64,000 nt of DNA from an uncultured Gemmatimonadales bacterium (lineage in GTDB: Bacteria > Gemmatimonadota > Gemmatimonadetes > Gemmatimonadales > Gemmatimonadaceae), in assembly GCA_963707505.1 (NCBI GenBank), contig CAVPQB010000004.1, positions 64,001 to 128,000 of the forward strand, given 5' to 3'. Position 1 is the stretch's first letter. Every line of letters begins with the position of its first letter. The translations under genes and the position numbers were made by a program. Below are positions 8,412 to 17,342 of this stretch, piece by piece. The notes below the pieces were generated by a model. The model was not told the origin of the DNA, made no database searches, and worked only from the letters and a program-made list of their open reading frames with translations.

Positions 8412-10022
8412 ATGAGCGAATCCACCCAGGCTGCCCCAGCGGCTCCGGCTGCTCCGGCCCCGACATCAATTGAGGAGTCACAGTTGCGCATCCGCGCGGC
8501 GCTGCTCGCCGCGACTCGCGTTGCGGTCGGTACCCACGCAGGCGATGAGGTGCGCGTCCGAATGATGCATCCCGGTCCGTGGCTGCCGGAGGATCCAACT
8601 GCGCGCCCCATCGTGTATCTGGCTTCGATGAAGACCGATCCCAAGATTCGCGAGATGAGCGCGCGGCCGGAAGTTGCGCTGCTGCTGCACGAATCGCCAA
8701 CTGGTGAAGAGCACACGAGCTGGGAGATGGAGCTCACCGGTCGCGCGGAAATCGTGCGTGATCCCGCCGAGCGCGAGCGCGCCAAGCAGGCCACGATGCG
8801 AACATCGTCGATCGTGCGCTATCTCGACTCGGTTGGACAGACGGATCTTCTGTCATTCGTGCGAGTCACGCCGCGCTTCATGAAGCATCGCGTGTTCGGC
8901 GAGATCGTCGCGGGACGACCGCCATCAATCCTCGATTTTGGCAGCGATGCGGCGGACAGGCCGAGTGATCGTGCGCTGATGGCTCGCCGGCTCGGCACAT
9001 GGAAGGAGATCGTGCGCTGGCCCACACTCACGGCGAGCGCCGCGTCAGTGGTCGTTGGAGTTGCGGCGGCGTTCGCGGTGACTGGCGCCGTGCACTGGGG
9101 ATGGGCATTTCTCACGCTCGTCGCAGCGGTTGCACTGCAAGCCTGCACCAACATCAAGAACGATCTGGACGATCAGTTGAGCGGTGCCGATGACAGAAAC
9201 CGCACAGCCATCCTGGGCTTCACCGGCGGGTCGCGAGTGTTGCAACGTGGTCTTGCAACGCGCGGCGAGCTGCTGGTCGCGATGCTCGGGTTCGGCGTGC
9301 TGAGTACAGCGATCGGTGCCTACTTCGCGATCGCAGGACGCGCCGGCGTGCTGTTGTTCGGACTTGCTGGACTACTCATCGGATTCATCTACACGGGCCC
9401 GCCACTCCGGCTCGCGAATCGTGGACTCGGCGAGCTCGCAGTCGCGCTTGCATTCGGAGTCGGAGTCGTGTGCGGCACCGCGTACGTGCAGGTCGGAAGC
9501 ATTCCGATGCTCGCGCTCGCTGCGTCGATTCCGGTTTCGATACTTGTGGCGCTGATCCTGTTCATCAATGGGTTCCAGGATGCGGCGAGTGACGACGAGG
9601 TATCAAAGCGTACGATGGTCGTGCGACTCGGGCTGTTGCGCGCGAGTCGTGTGTATCCCGTGATCGCGGCGATCGCGGGACTCACGCTCGTCGCATTCGT
9701 GATCGCGGGCACACTTCCGCGGCTGGCGCTGCTCGGACTTGCAGGATTCCCGCTGTTCGCGAAGGCGACGATGGTCGCGCGCAGGAGCTTCGACCATCCA
9801 GTCGAGCTGGTGCCGGCGAATGCGTACACGGTCGTGGGGCATCTGGCCAGCGCTCTCGCACTTGCGGTCGGACTCGTGTGGGCTGGCCTCGGCGGTGGGA
9901 TGAACGCCGAAGTACTGATAGTCGCCGCGTTCGGAGTGCTGCTGATTCTGTACTACAATCACTCGATCGGCAGGCTCGCCAGTGCGTTTTACGGGGTGAG
10001 GGACGCCGTAGCGAAGACTTAG
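8412..10022 (+). CDS. menA: Fusion: PNPOx-like split-barrel domain + UbiA-family prenyltransferase (MenA-like)
   Basis: N-terminal YLASMKTDPKIREMSARPEVALL...ELTGRAEIV; C-terminal multi-TM region with NIKNDLDDQLSGAD, YTGPPLRL..RGLGE and NGFQDAASD..SKRTMVVRLG. Confidence 0.75.
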   Translation: MSESTQAAPAAPAAPAPTSIEESQLRIRAALLAATRVAVGTHAGDEVRVRMMHPGPWLPEDPTARPIVYLASMKTDPKIREMSARPEVALLLHESPTGEEHTSWEMELTGRAEIVRDPAERERAKQATMRTSSIVRYLDSVGQTDLLSFVRVTPRFMKHRVFGEIVAGRPPSILDFGSDAADRPSDRALMARRLGTWKEIVRWPTLTASAASVVVGVAAAFAVTGAVHWGWAFLTLVAAVALQACTNIKNDLDDQLSGADDRNRTAILGFTGGSRVLQRGLATRGELLVAMLGFGVLSTAIGAYFAIAGRAGVLLFGLAGLLIGFIYTGPPLRLANRGLGELAVALAFGVGVVCGTAYVQVGSIPMLALAASIPVSILVALILFINGFQDAASDDEVSKRTMVVRLGLLRASRVYPVIAAIAGLTLVAFVIAGTLPRLALLGLAGFPLFAKATMVARRSFDHPVELVPANAYTVVGHLASALALAVGLVWAGLGGGMNAEVLIVAAFGVLLILYYNHSIGRLASAFYGVRDAVAKT

Positions 10023-10023
10023 A

Positions 10024-10931
10024 TCAATTCGGCAACTTCATCATCAAGCGCTTGACCTCCGGATCCGCATCCGCCCAGCCGCGCGCGCGATCATTGCCGC
10101 TCAGTCGCGACGTTCGATGAATCGGGCGATGCCACAGCTGACAGCGCCGCTGCCGATGCTTCGTTTACGTCTGACACCGCGATGTCGGGTGCGAGCAGCA
10201 TCCGCTCGCGAAATCCTGCGGCCAGCAGGGTCACACGCGGATCGGGTGGTGATTCATAGTCGAGCTCGAGTCGTCGCACGAGCACGTCGTACGCATTGAG
10301 CGCGGTATGGAGAGCTTCCATGGTACCGGGCGCGGCGAGCGAGGAGAGCATCATGATCGCAGCTGCCCGCGACGGCGGCAGTATATCCAACCATCGTGCC
10401 GCGAGCGCCGCACATTCGTCCCACCGTCTCGCACGCGAGAGCATTCTGCAGTGCGCCTCGCACGCGTGCAGAAACCGCCGCTCGAGCCGCGCCCTCTCAC
10501 GCGCAACCCAACCGTCGAACCGGGACGAATTGGGAACGCAGACGCCGTCCAGAAACGGGCCGGTGTATAGCGCGACCGCACGCTCGTGGTCCAGTTCGTC
10601 ACACGCCGCGTTGAATTCCAGCGCGTCCACGCGGAGCCGCGCATCGGCCGAGAGACCGACCTCTGATTGCCGGGTTGCGATCGCGGTCGCGCCGAGAAGT
10701 TTGCGAAGGCTCGAGAGCGCATTGCTGAGCGAATGCCGAGCGCGATCCTCGTCTTCATCTCCCCAGAACATCTCAACCAACTGCTCTCGGCTTACCGGAT
10801 GCGGCGTTCAGCGCGAGCACCGCCAGGACAACAAGCTGCCTGCGGCGCTTGGATAGGGACTCGTCATCACCTGAAGCCGAGACGAGCGCCAGGCGACCGA
10901 GTGTAATCAACCGTAAGTGATTGACGCGCAA
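10024..10931 (-). pseudogene. SARP/BTAD transcriptional activator, frameshifted and apparently internally truncated
   Basis: LRLITLGRLAL...RRRQLVVLAVLAL in one frame, shifting near 10810 to PHPVSREQLVEMFWG...ALYTGPFLDG (BTAD); stop at 10091; short WADADPEVKR remnant in a different frame. Start uncertain. Confidence 0.7.
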
Positions 10932-11037
10932 GTTCTTGATGTGGTGATAACCAGTGGGGGGCGACTCCGCTAACCTGGGCCCGGTAGGAACAAGCTACGC
11001 CTGCCAGAAGATTCCGCAAACGGCCGAACCCGGCCGA

Positions 11038-12063
11038 TCAGCTGATGTGCAGGAAGTGAATCAGTGCGAGGCCGAGTACGATGAGGACGCAGAGTGAGCC
11101 CGTGACTGTAGTAATGACGCGCGGGCCCACCTTGCTTATGGCCTTGAGATCGACACCGAGTCCGAGCGCCGCCATCGCTGCGACGGTGAACCAGGTCGAT
11201 ACAGCGCGTGTCGGCGCCACCCATGTTGGTGGTATCGCGTTGGTCGAGCGCAGCACCGCGAGCAGCAGGAACCCTATGATGAACCACGGTACGAATCGCG
11301 TCAGTTGAAACCGCGTCGCGTTTGCGCCGCTTCCGTGACTTTCATTCGGATGAGTGAGAGCAAAGAATATCACTACAGGGCCGAGCATCAGAACGCGCAC
11401 CAGTTTCACGAGCGTTCCAACCTGACCGGAGAGGATACTCACCGGGAATGCTGCCGCGAGAACCTGCGGGACTGCATAGACAGTGAGTCCGGCCAGCACA
11501 CCGTACTGATAGTTGTTGAGTCCGAGTGGATGGATCAGGAGCGGTAGTCCGAGCACGACGACTACACCGAGAATCGCCGTGAATGCGATGGACGACACGA
11601 CATGTTCCTTCTTCGCTCCGATCACGGGCGCAATTGCGGCGATCGCGGAATTACCGCATATCGAGTTGCCGCACGCGACGAGCACTGCAAGCTTGTGCGG
11701 CAGTCCCATCATTCTGCCGATCGAATAGCTGCCGCAAATTCCGAGGATCACGAGCAACACTATCCCGATCGCGAGCGACGGTCCTGCGCGCAGGAGGAGC
11801 GGCAGATCTACGGATGCGCCGAGCAGGAATATCGCGACTTCGAGCACCTGCTTGGCGGTGAAGGAGACACCGGCATCCATGGTTGCAGGTGGCGTCCAGA
11901 GAGTGCGGACGATCATCCCGACCAGAATGGCGACGACGAGACCCTCGATGATCGCATGTCCGAAGACGCGCTCCTCGACGTTTGCGATGGCGAGGGATGC
12001 AAGGCTGACGATCGTCGCCAGAACGATTCCCGGCAGGAGAGCGAGAAGCCGGTTTTTTGTCAT
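11038..12063 (-). CDS. YeiH/UPF0324 family membrane protein (putative sulfate exporter)
   Basis: ACGNSICGNSAIAA, GLTVYAVPQV, LVKLVRVLML; about 10 TM segments; divergent from a LysR. Alternative start 12150. Confidence 0.9.
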   Translation of the reverse strand: MTKNRLLALLPGIVLATIVSLASLAIANVEERVFGHAIIEGLVVAILVGMIVRTLWTPPATMDAGVSFTAKQVLEVAIFLLGASVDLPLLLRAGPSLAIGIVLLVILGICGSYSIGRMMGLPHKLAVLVACGNSICGNSAIAAIAPVIGAKKEHVVSSIAFTAILGVVVVLGLPLLIHPLGLNNYQYGVLAGLTVYAVPQVLAAAFPVSILSGQVGTLVKLVRVLMLGPVVIFFALTHPNESHGSGANATRFQLTRFVPWFIIGFLLLAVLRSTNAIPPTWVAPTRAVSTWFTVAAMAALGLGVDLKAISKVGPRVITTVTGSLCVLIVLGLALIHFLHIS

Positions 12064-12086
12064 CCTCGCCGAAGGCGGGGGATGAC
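12059..12086. repeat. Degenerate REP-like hairpin overlapping the YeiH start codon
   Basis: gtcatcctcgcc-gaa-ggcgggggatgac has the same GTCAT...ATGAC ends as the 7388 family. Confidence 0.55.
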
Positions 12087-12178
12087 GAAGACATTCGGCT
12101 TTCTTTGCATTCCGAATCCTAGACCTCGGCGATCCATAAGACAAAGACATTATTTACATGTTAGTATTCCAATACATT

Positions 12179-13081
12179 ATGGCTCTCAACCTCCATCATC
12201 TACGTGTCTTTGCAGCGGTCGCTCAGGAGCGCAGCTTCTCTCGTGCCGCGCTTGCTCTGCGGTTGAGTCAGCCCGCCGTCTCAAAAACGGTGCAGGAGCT
12301 GGAACGGCAGACGCAGCTATCGCTATTCGATCGGTCCGGTCGCGCTCCCCGGCTCACAGACGCGGGCACTGCACTCTTCGCGCGCGCACGCGAGTTGTTC
12401 GGTGTAGAGCGAATTGCGGAAGAGGAACTTGGCGCGCTGCGTGGCCTCGAGCGTGGAGTCCTGCGCGTCGGTGCCAGCACCACCGTCGCGACTTACTTTC
12501 TCCCGCCGCTGCTCGCGCGCTTTCATCAGGAACACCCTGGCGTCACGTTGAGGGTGGTGAGCGCCAACACGCGTGCGATCGCGCGCCGATTGCTCGAAGG
12601 GCGGCTCGACATCGCGCTGGTGGAAGGGCCGGTGTCTCACGAGCGGATCTCCGTGATCCCGTGGCGCGAGGACGAGCTCGTCGTGATTGCGCCTGCATCC
12701 CATCCCCTGGTGCACAAACGCCGCGTGCGCCCAGCCGACCTCATCGACGAGCCGTTCATTCTGCGCGAGCCAGGTTCGGGTACCCGCGTCGTGGCAGAAG
12801 CGGCACTGGCCGAGCAGGGCATTCATCCGGGCACCACCGTCCAGCTCGGGAGCACGGAGGCGATCAAGCAGGCGGTCGCGGCTGGACTTGGCCTCGCGGT
12901 CGTATCGCGTGCCGCGGCCGCAGACCAGCTCGCGCTGGGTTACATCGCCGTCATTCCTTTGCGGAGCGCCGCGTTCAGGCGCGATCTCAGGCGTGTGCTC
13001 ACGGAATTGCGACTGACCGGGCGAGCACCCAGTGCCGCCGCCGCGGCGTTCAGGACAGCAATGTCAACGTCGCGCGCGTAA
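12179..13081 (+). CDS. LysR-family regulator (CysL/YeiE-like)
   Basis: LysR HTH SFSRAALALRLSQPAVS; ILREPGSGTR and GSTEAIKQAV typical of the CysL-like subgroup. Confidence 0.93.
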   Translation: MALNLHHLRVFAAVAQERSFSRAALALRLSQPAVSKTVQELERQTQLSLFDRSGRAPRLTDAGTALFARARELFGVERIAEEELGALRGLERGVLRVGASTTVATYFLPPLLARFHQEHPGVTLRVVSANTRAIARRLLEGRLDIALVEGPVSHERISVIPWREDELVVIAPASHPLVHKRRVRPADLIDEPFILREPGSGTRVVAEAALAEQGIHPGTTVQLGSTEAIKQAVAAGLGLAVVSRAAAADQLALGYIAVIPLRSAAFRRDLRRVLTELRLTGRAPSAAAAAFRTAMSTSRA

Positions 13082-13142
13082 GCAGTGTGAGTGAGTAACC
13101 GACAAGGCTTGCTCGTCCAGTCTTCACCTCGACCCACATCGC

Positions 13143-14393
13143 ATGTCCACCTCGTTGAATCGCCTACTGATGCTCGGCGCTCTCGCAGGCGTCGTCACGG
13201 TGCCTGTTGCCGCGCAGACGACCGCTCGTACCGCTGCCGCATCTGATACCGCCTTCGACCCGATCAGGGAGATGGTGTCGCGGCTGTCGCTCGATCAGTA
13301 CAAGGCTACTGTAAAGGGACTCACCAAGTTCGGCGATCGCCGTCAGGGAACCGAGCGCAATCGCCAGGCGGTGGACTGGATCGAGGCGCAGCTCAAGAGC
13401 TACGGTTGCACCAACACCGAACGCATCACGTATGACTTTCAGCCACCACCGCCCCGTCAGCCGCTGACGCCGGAACAGCTCGCTCGCTTTCGCGCACGGG
13501 CCGCTGAGACGGGAACGAAGCGGCCGGGCTCGGGCGGATCTGTCATGCGCGGCAAGATCATGCCGACCGGCGTGAATACCGATTCGCTGCGTCAGCCCGA
13601 TCTCGCACTGCGCAAGCTCAACACGCCGCAGTCTGTTGGCGGAGAGCGTCAGGAAGTGTACTGCACCAAGATCGGCACCACGCATCCGGACGAGATGTAC
13701 ATCGTGAGTGGACACATGGACGGAATCGGTTGGGGTGAAGCCGCGAACGACGACGGCTCCGGCACGGCGCTCGTCATGCAGCTCGCGCGCGTATTCAGCT
13801 CGCCGGATGTGAAGACCGATCGCTCCATTCGATTCATCCTCTGGAACAATGAAGAGACCGGCCTCAACGGCGCGAAGGCGTACGTCGAGCAGCGCGAGGC
13901 GCTGCAGGGCAAGGAAGATCCCGCCGGCTCGGGCAAGTACCCCGAACCCAGGTGGCTCGGCGTCATACAGCACGACATGATGATGTTCGATCATGGAATG
14001 CCAAGAGCCGACGGCAGCATGAGCCCGGTGCAGCGCCCGGAAGCGGACGTGAACATCGAGTTCCAGTCCAACTCGAAGATGGCCGACGCATCTCAGAAGC
14101 TCGCGTGGACTCTGTCGACCGCAAATGACAAGTACGCGACGGACTATCCCGCAAAGGTCGGTCAGCACATGACCAACACGGATTCGCAGCCTTTCCAGGA
14201 TCTGGTTCCGTCGATAAGTCTTCGCGAGAACGAGCGCGGAGCACAGATCGGCGCCGGCTGGGATCCGCAGTGGCACCAGCCGACGGATCTCTACAAGACT
14301 TACAGCGATGCCGACTTCCGGCTCGGTCTAAATGCAGCTCAGACAACGCTCAGCGCGGTCGCCGAGCTGACCGGGGCGAAGATCGTCAAGTGA
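13143..14393 (+). CDS. M28 family metallopeptidase, exported
   Basis: Signal peptide; SGHMDG, ANDDGSG, NNEETG, HDM, WHQPTD zinc-ligand motifs. Confidence 0.9.
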   Translation: MSTSLNRLLMLGALAGVVTVPVAAQTTARTAAASDTAFDPIREMVSRLSLDQYKATVKGLTKFGDRRQGTERNRQAVDWIEAQLKSYGCTNTERITYDFQPPPPRQPLTPEQLARFRARAAETGTKRPGSGGSVMRGKIMPTGVNTDSLRQPDLALRKLNTPQSVGGERQEVYCTKIGTTHPDEMYIVSGHMDGIGWGEAANDDGSGTALVMQLARVFSSPDVKTDRSIRFILWNNEETGLNGAKAYVEQREALQGKEDPAGSGKYPEPRWLGVIQHDMMMFDHGMPRADGSMSPVQRPEADVNIEFQSNSKMADASQKLAWTLSTANDKYATDYPAKVGQHMTNTDSQPFQDLVPSISLRENERGAQIGAGWDPQWHQPTDLYKTYSDADFRLGLNAAQTTLSAVAELTGAKIVK

Positions 14394-14414
14394 CGATCAT
14401 CAGGTAATGCGTGG

Positions 14415-14458
14415 GCGGTGTGTGAGCGGTGTGTGAGCGGTGTGTGAGCGGTGCGTGA
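14415..14458. repeat. 11-bp tandem repeat (gcggtgtgtga) x4, intergenic
   Basis: Read directly. Confidence 0.85.
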
Positions 14459-14525
14459 GATGCGATTGCTGCATCTCGCGCACCGCCTGCTTCCGCGAGT
14501 CAGTGTGTCGAGCGCGTGATCGCCG

Positions 14526-14717
14526 CTACAATGTCCGCTTCTCCGTGATGTTCCGTACGTCGTAGCTTCGTATTGCACCCAACGCTACTTCCCACCGTCC
14601 CTCGCCGCAGAGTCCGGATAATCCGGCCTCTTCATAAGCTTGCAGTGCGACCGCGACGAGCGCGCGTTGGGTCGCTTCGGCGATCTCGCGCCTGATATCT
14701 CCGCTCTGATCGGGCAT
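14526..14717 (-). CDS. Small helical hypothetical protein (AYEEAGLSGLCGEGRWE motif)
   Basis: 63 aa from MPDQSG; motif resembles a widespread small-protein family (from recall). Confidence 0.7.
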   Translation of the reverse strand: MPDQSGDIRREIAEATQRALVAVALQAYEEAGLSGLCGEGRWEVALGAIRSYDVRNITEKRTL

Positions 14718-14868
14718 GTCTGAAGCATATCGCCAATGCGACGGCGCTGCCATGTCTGCGCTCGAACACCGTTGAGTGGTCACCGATGGCTGGCACCGTC
14801 GTCATTCATCTGGACGCCGCAATCGCGTGGATTCACACACCAGGTCAAATACCGGGCAGGAGTCACGT

Positions 14869-15573
14869 ATGAGATCACCGATGTCTCGCTACCGAATCGC
14901 TCGTGCGATGATTCTGGTGCCAGCAGTTCTCCTCTCCGCCGCCTGCGGTGGCCACAATCATCTCTCCGAATACAACTTCACCAGCCGATCGCTCGCGCTG
15001 GTGTATATCGCGCCGCCGAGGCCGGAGCTGGTGACTGGTTGGTACAACGTGCCGGACGTGAATGACCCGGTCGCTGCGGTCGTTGCGGCTGGCTCCGGGG
15101 TCGCGAAGGAAGTTGAAGGCCGGCGCGCGCGCACGAGACTTGACAGCGCCGTGGCACTGGTCGACCTCACCGCGATCATGTCGCAGCGGACTCTGGAGCG
15201 AACGAGCCGGTATCTCGGTGCGACCCCAGCCACGAACCGGCAGAACGCCGATTTCGTGCTCGAGGTGAACATGCACAATTCCGGCATCGATCTTCGTCGG
15301 CAGAGCACTGCGTATCTGTTCATGAATGCAACTGCGGTGCTGCTGGATGCACGCACCGGGCGCGAGATATGGAGCTTCGACGTCGATGGCCAGAACCGGC
15401 TCACGCCGTTTCTGTATGGGGGGAATCGCGTCGGCACGGGCGCGATTACGGCGGCTGCGCTGAGTACGGTTTCGGTGGCGGATTTCCAGCGCGCGCTGGA
15501 AGATCTGGCCGACTTCTCGTCGAACGAGATAAGCGACGGATTACGTCAGGCATTGCGCGAAGCGCGGCAATGA
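14869..15573 (+). CDS. Hypothetical lipoprotein
   Basis: RBS CAGGAG; lipobox LLSAAC; alpha/beta fold with VLLDARTGREIW strand. Confidence 0.8.
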   Translation: MRSPMSRYRIARAMILVPAVLLSAACGGHNHLSEYNFTSRSLALVYIAPPRPELVTGWYNVPDVNDPVAAVVAAGSGVAKEVEGRRARTRLDSAVALVDLTAIMSQRTLERTSRYLGATPATNRQNADFVLEVNMHNSGIDLRRQSTAYLFMNATAVLLDARTGREIWSFDVDGQNRLTPFLYGGNRVGTGAITAAALSTVSVADFQRALEDLADFSSNEISDGLRQALREARQ

Positions 15574-15575
15574 AA

Positions 15576-15611
15576 AGCGCTCCGGTTCATCGGTTGATGA
15601 ACCGGAGCGCT
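15576..15611. terminator. Hairpin between convergent genes, probable terminator
   Basis: agcgctccggttcatc-ggtt-gatgaaccggagcgct, a perfect 16-bp stem, with an A-run on the left (U-tail for the minus-strand transcript). Confidence 0.8.
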
Positions 15612-15653
15612 GACTTGCTGCGTGCCTCCAGCTAATGGTGCCGAAACGCGCAG

Positions 15654-16347
15654 CTAATTTCTGCGTCGCCGCATGGCGGGAACGAGTCCGACGAGTCCAG
15701 TCGCGAGCAGGGCCATCGAGCTGGGCTCAGGAACGGTCGACGATGGCGGTCCATTGCAGGTGCTGGCGTGAATCGGCGACGCGCTGCCGGATAGCGGGGT
15801 TCCGTTGCTGCTGAATGCCGCCTTGTTGGAACCGCAAGCCTCGGTGAGGCCACCCAGATCGTGAACTGCGAACTGGAAGCCGTTCAGAAACTGGTTCGCG
15901 TCGGTCGAATTGGCGAAGGCGAGGAAGAAGCCCACTGACTCACCGTCGTGCAGACCGTTGGTTGGCGGCGGTGCGTTCGGAGTCGAGGCCGAAGAAGTTG
16001 TTCGCCGTGAAACCGACACCATTGAACGAATTCGGATTGGTGCTGGCAACGCTGAATCGCGAGCTGAGTGCGCCATTAGCGGTGACGGTCGGAGCGGTTC
16101 CGGTGAAGGCTCCGTTGCCAACTCCGAACTCCTTGAACACGCTGTTCGGGTTGTTCGCCAGCCCCGTGTTCGAGGTGTTCGTTACGGTGAACAGCAGTGT
16201 CGAGGTCCCCTGTCCGCTTACCGCCAGGGTTACGCAGGAAAAGAAATCGGACCCACCGCATGCGTTGGTGAACTGTGCGTTTGCAGTCGGTGCGGCGACG
16301 GTGGCTCCGATCGCGAGCAGGGCGGCTGCGTGTAACTGACGAATCAT
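15654..16347 (-). CDS. PEP-CTERM sorting-domain protein (frameshift near 15981)
   Basis: Signal peptide in ORF 15940-16347; VPEPSSMALLATGLVGLVPAMRRRRN in ORF 15654-16121; frames join at ...FFGLD/PNAP. Confidence 0.88.
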
Positions 16348-16386
16348 GGGACGATGCCTCTGGTGAGAGTGCGGACATGTGCACTG

Positions 16387-16402
16387 AGCACCGCACGTGC
16401 CA
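16387..16402 (-). promoter_or_regulatory. Sigma-54 promoter candidate
   Basis: TGGCACGTGCGGTGCT (GG-N10-GC), 40 nt upstream of the PEP-CTERM ATG. Confidence 0.65.
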
Positions 16403-16561
16403 CGGCCGGGTGGTCTCCGAGGTTGATCGCCGCCGTTTAATCGGCTAGTCGCAACACCTGATCCGGCTTGGGCTTAGCAAATTGTCAGATGAGGGTGTCT
16501 TGGTACGCCTGCATACCGTGCACGGTCGCCACACGTTAGTGGCGACCATGCATGCGGTGAG

Positions 16562-17158
16562 TTATGCGCCGAGCTTTGCCTCGAGAGCCTTCGCCGCTGC
16601 CAGGTGGGCCTGGAAGTTCGGGGCGACCTTGACCTCGAGGTCCTTCAGCTCCGCGTTCTTGGTTGCGGGGAGCAGCGTATTGGTCACGGCATCGATCACT
16701 GCCTGGTGATACCAGGCCTCGTGTGCGATGTAGGCCTTATCGAAAGCGGCGCCGGAGAGACCGTTCAGTTTCGCCAGAGTTGCAACGTGATCCTTGTACA
16801 GTGCGAAGTCCTTACCAGGAGGTGTCGGTGTCACATGAAGCTTCCTGGCGAGGTCCCGGCCGAGCTTGCGGGCGGCGCTGTGGTCGCGGACCATCATGTC
16901 GGCGAAGGTACGGACGTCGGCGTTGCTGCTCTTTTTGAGGGCGAGATTGCCGAGGTCGATGTCCCAGGTGTTGGCGGCATCGAAGATGGCGACGATGGTG
17001 GGGTCATCGAGCGCCGCGGCAGGTTGCGCAACAGCGTGTGACGTGGCGAGTAGTACCTGGGGTGTAGCATGGATTGTCTGTGCGCCTACTGGCGCCACTG
17101 CGAGCGAAGCTGCTGCGAAGGACGCTACGACTCCAACCGCTATTCGGGATTTTTGCAT
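16562..17158 (-). CDS. DUF4142 domain protein, exported (ferritin-like)
   Basis: RBS CAGGAG; signal peptide; ALKKSSNADVRTFADMMVRDH, LSGAAFDKAYI, HLAAAKAL. Confidence 0.9.
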   Translation of the reverse strand: MQKSRIAVGVVASFAAASLAVAPVGAQTIHATPQVLLATSHAVAQPAAALDDPTIVAIFDAANTWDIDLGNLALKKSSNADVRTFADMMVRDHSAARKLGRDLARKLHVTPTPPGKDFALYKDHVATLAKLNGLSGAAFDKAYIAHEAWYHQAVIDAVTNTLLPATKNAELKDLEVKVAPNFQAHLAAAKALEAKLGA

Positions 17159-17229
17159 GGTGAGACTCCTGTGATTGTGGACAGAGGGCTGGGACGGACA
17201 CCCACGGCTGCAATTCGGCAACGCCGTGA

Positions 17230-17301
17230 TTGACATATGGCAGCATTCCGATGATTTGTCAAGGAAGTCATTGACTTATTGCATATACGCATGTTTGTCG
17301 A
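17230..17301. promoter_or_regulatory. Divergent promoter region with inverted repeats
   Basis: TTGACA-N21-TGTCAA (17230-17262), near-palindrome aagtcattgactt (17265-17277); minus-strand TTGACA-N17-CATATG toward DUF4142. Confidence 0.45.
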
Positions 17302-17342
17302 TACTGTACATCACGGCCGTGCACGGTCAGAAAGGAGGATGA

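Noticed and set aside
11602..13098. 498-aa plus-strand ORF
   Set aside because: Arg-rich off-frame sequence overlapping YeiH and LysR.
13164..14276. 370-aa minus-strand ORF
   Set aside because: Antisense to the M28 peptidase.
14415..14458. Possible CRISPR array among the short repeats
   Set aside because: Units are 11-12 bp, contiguous, with no spacers and no cas genes.
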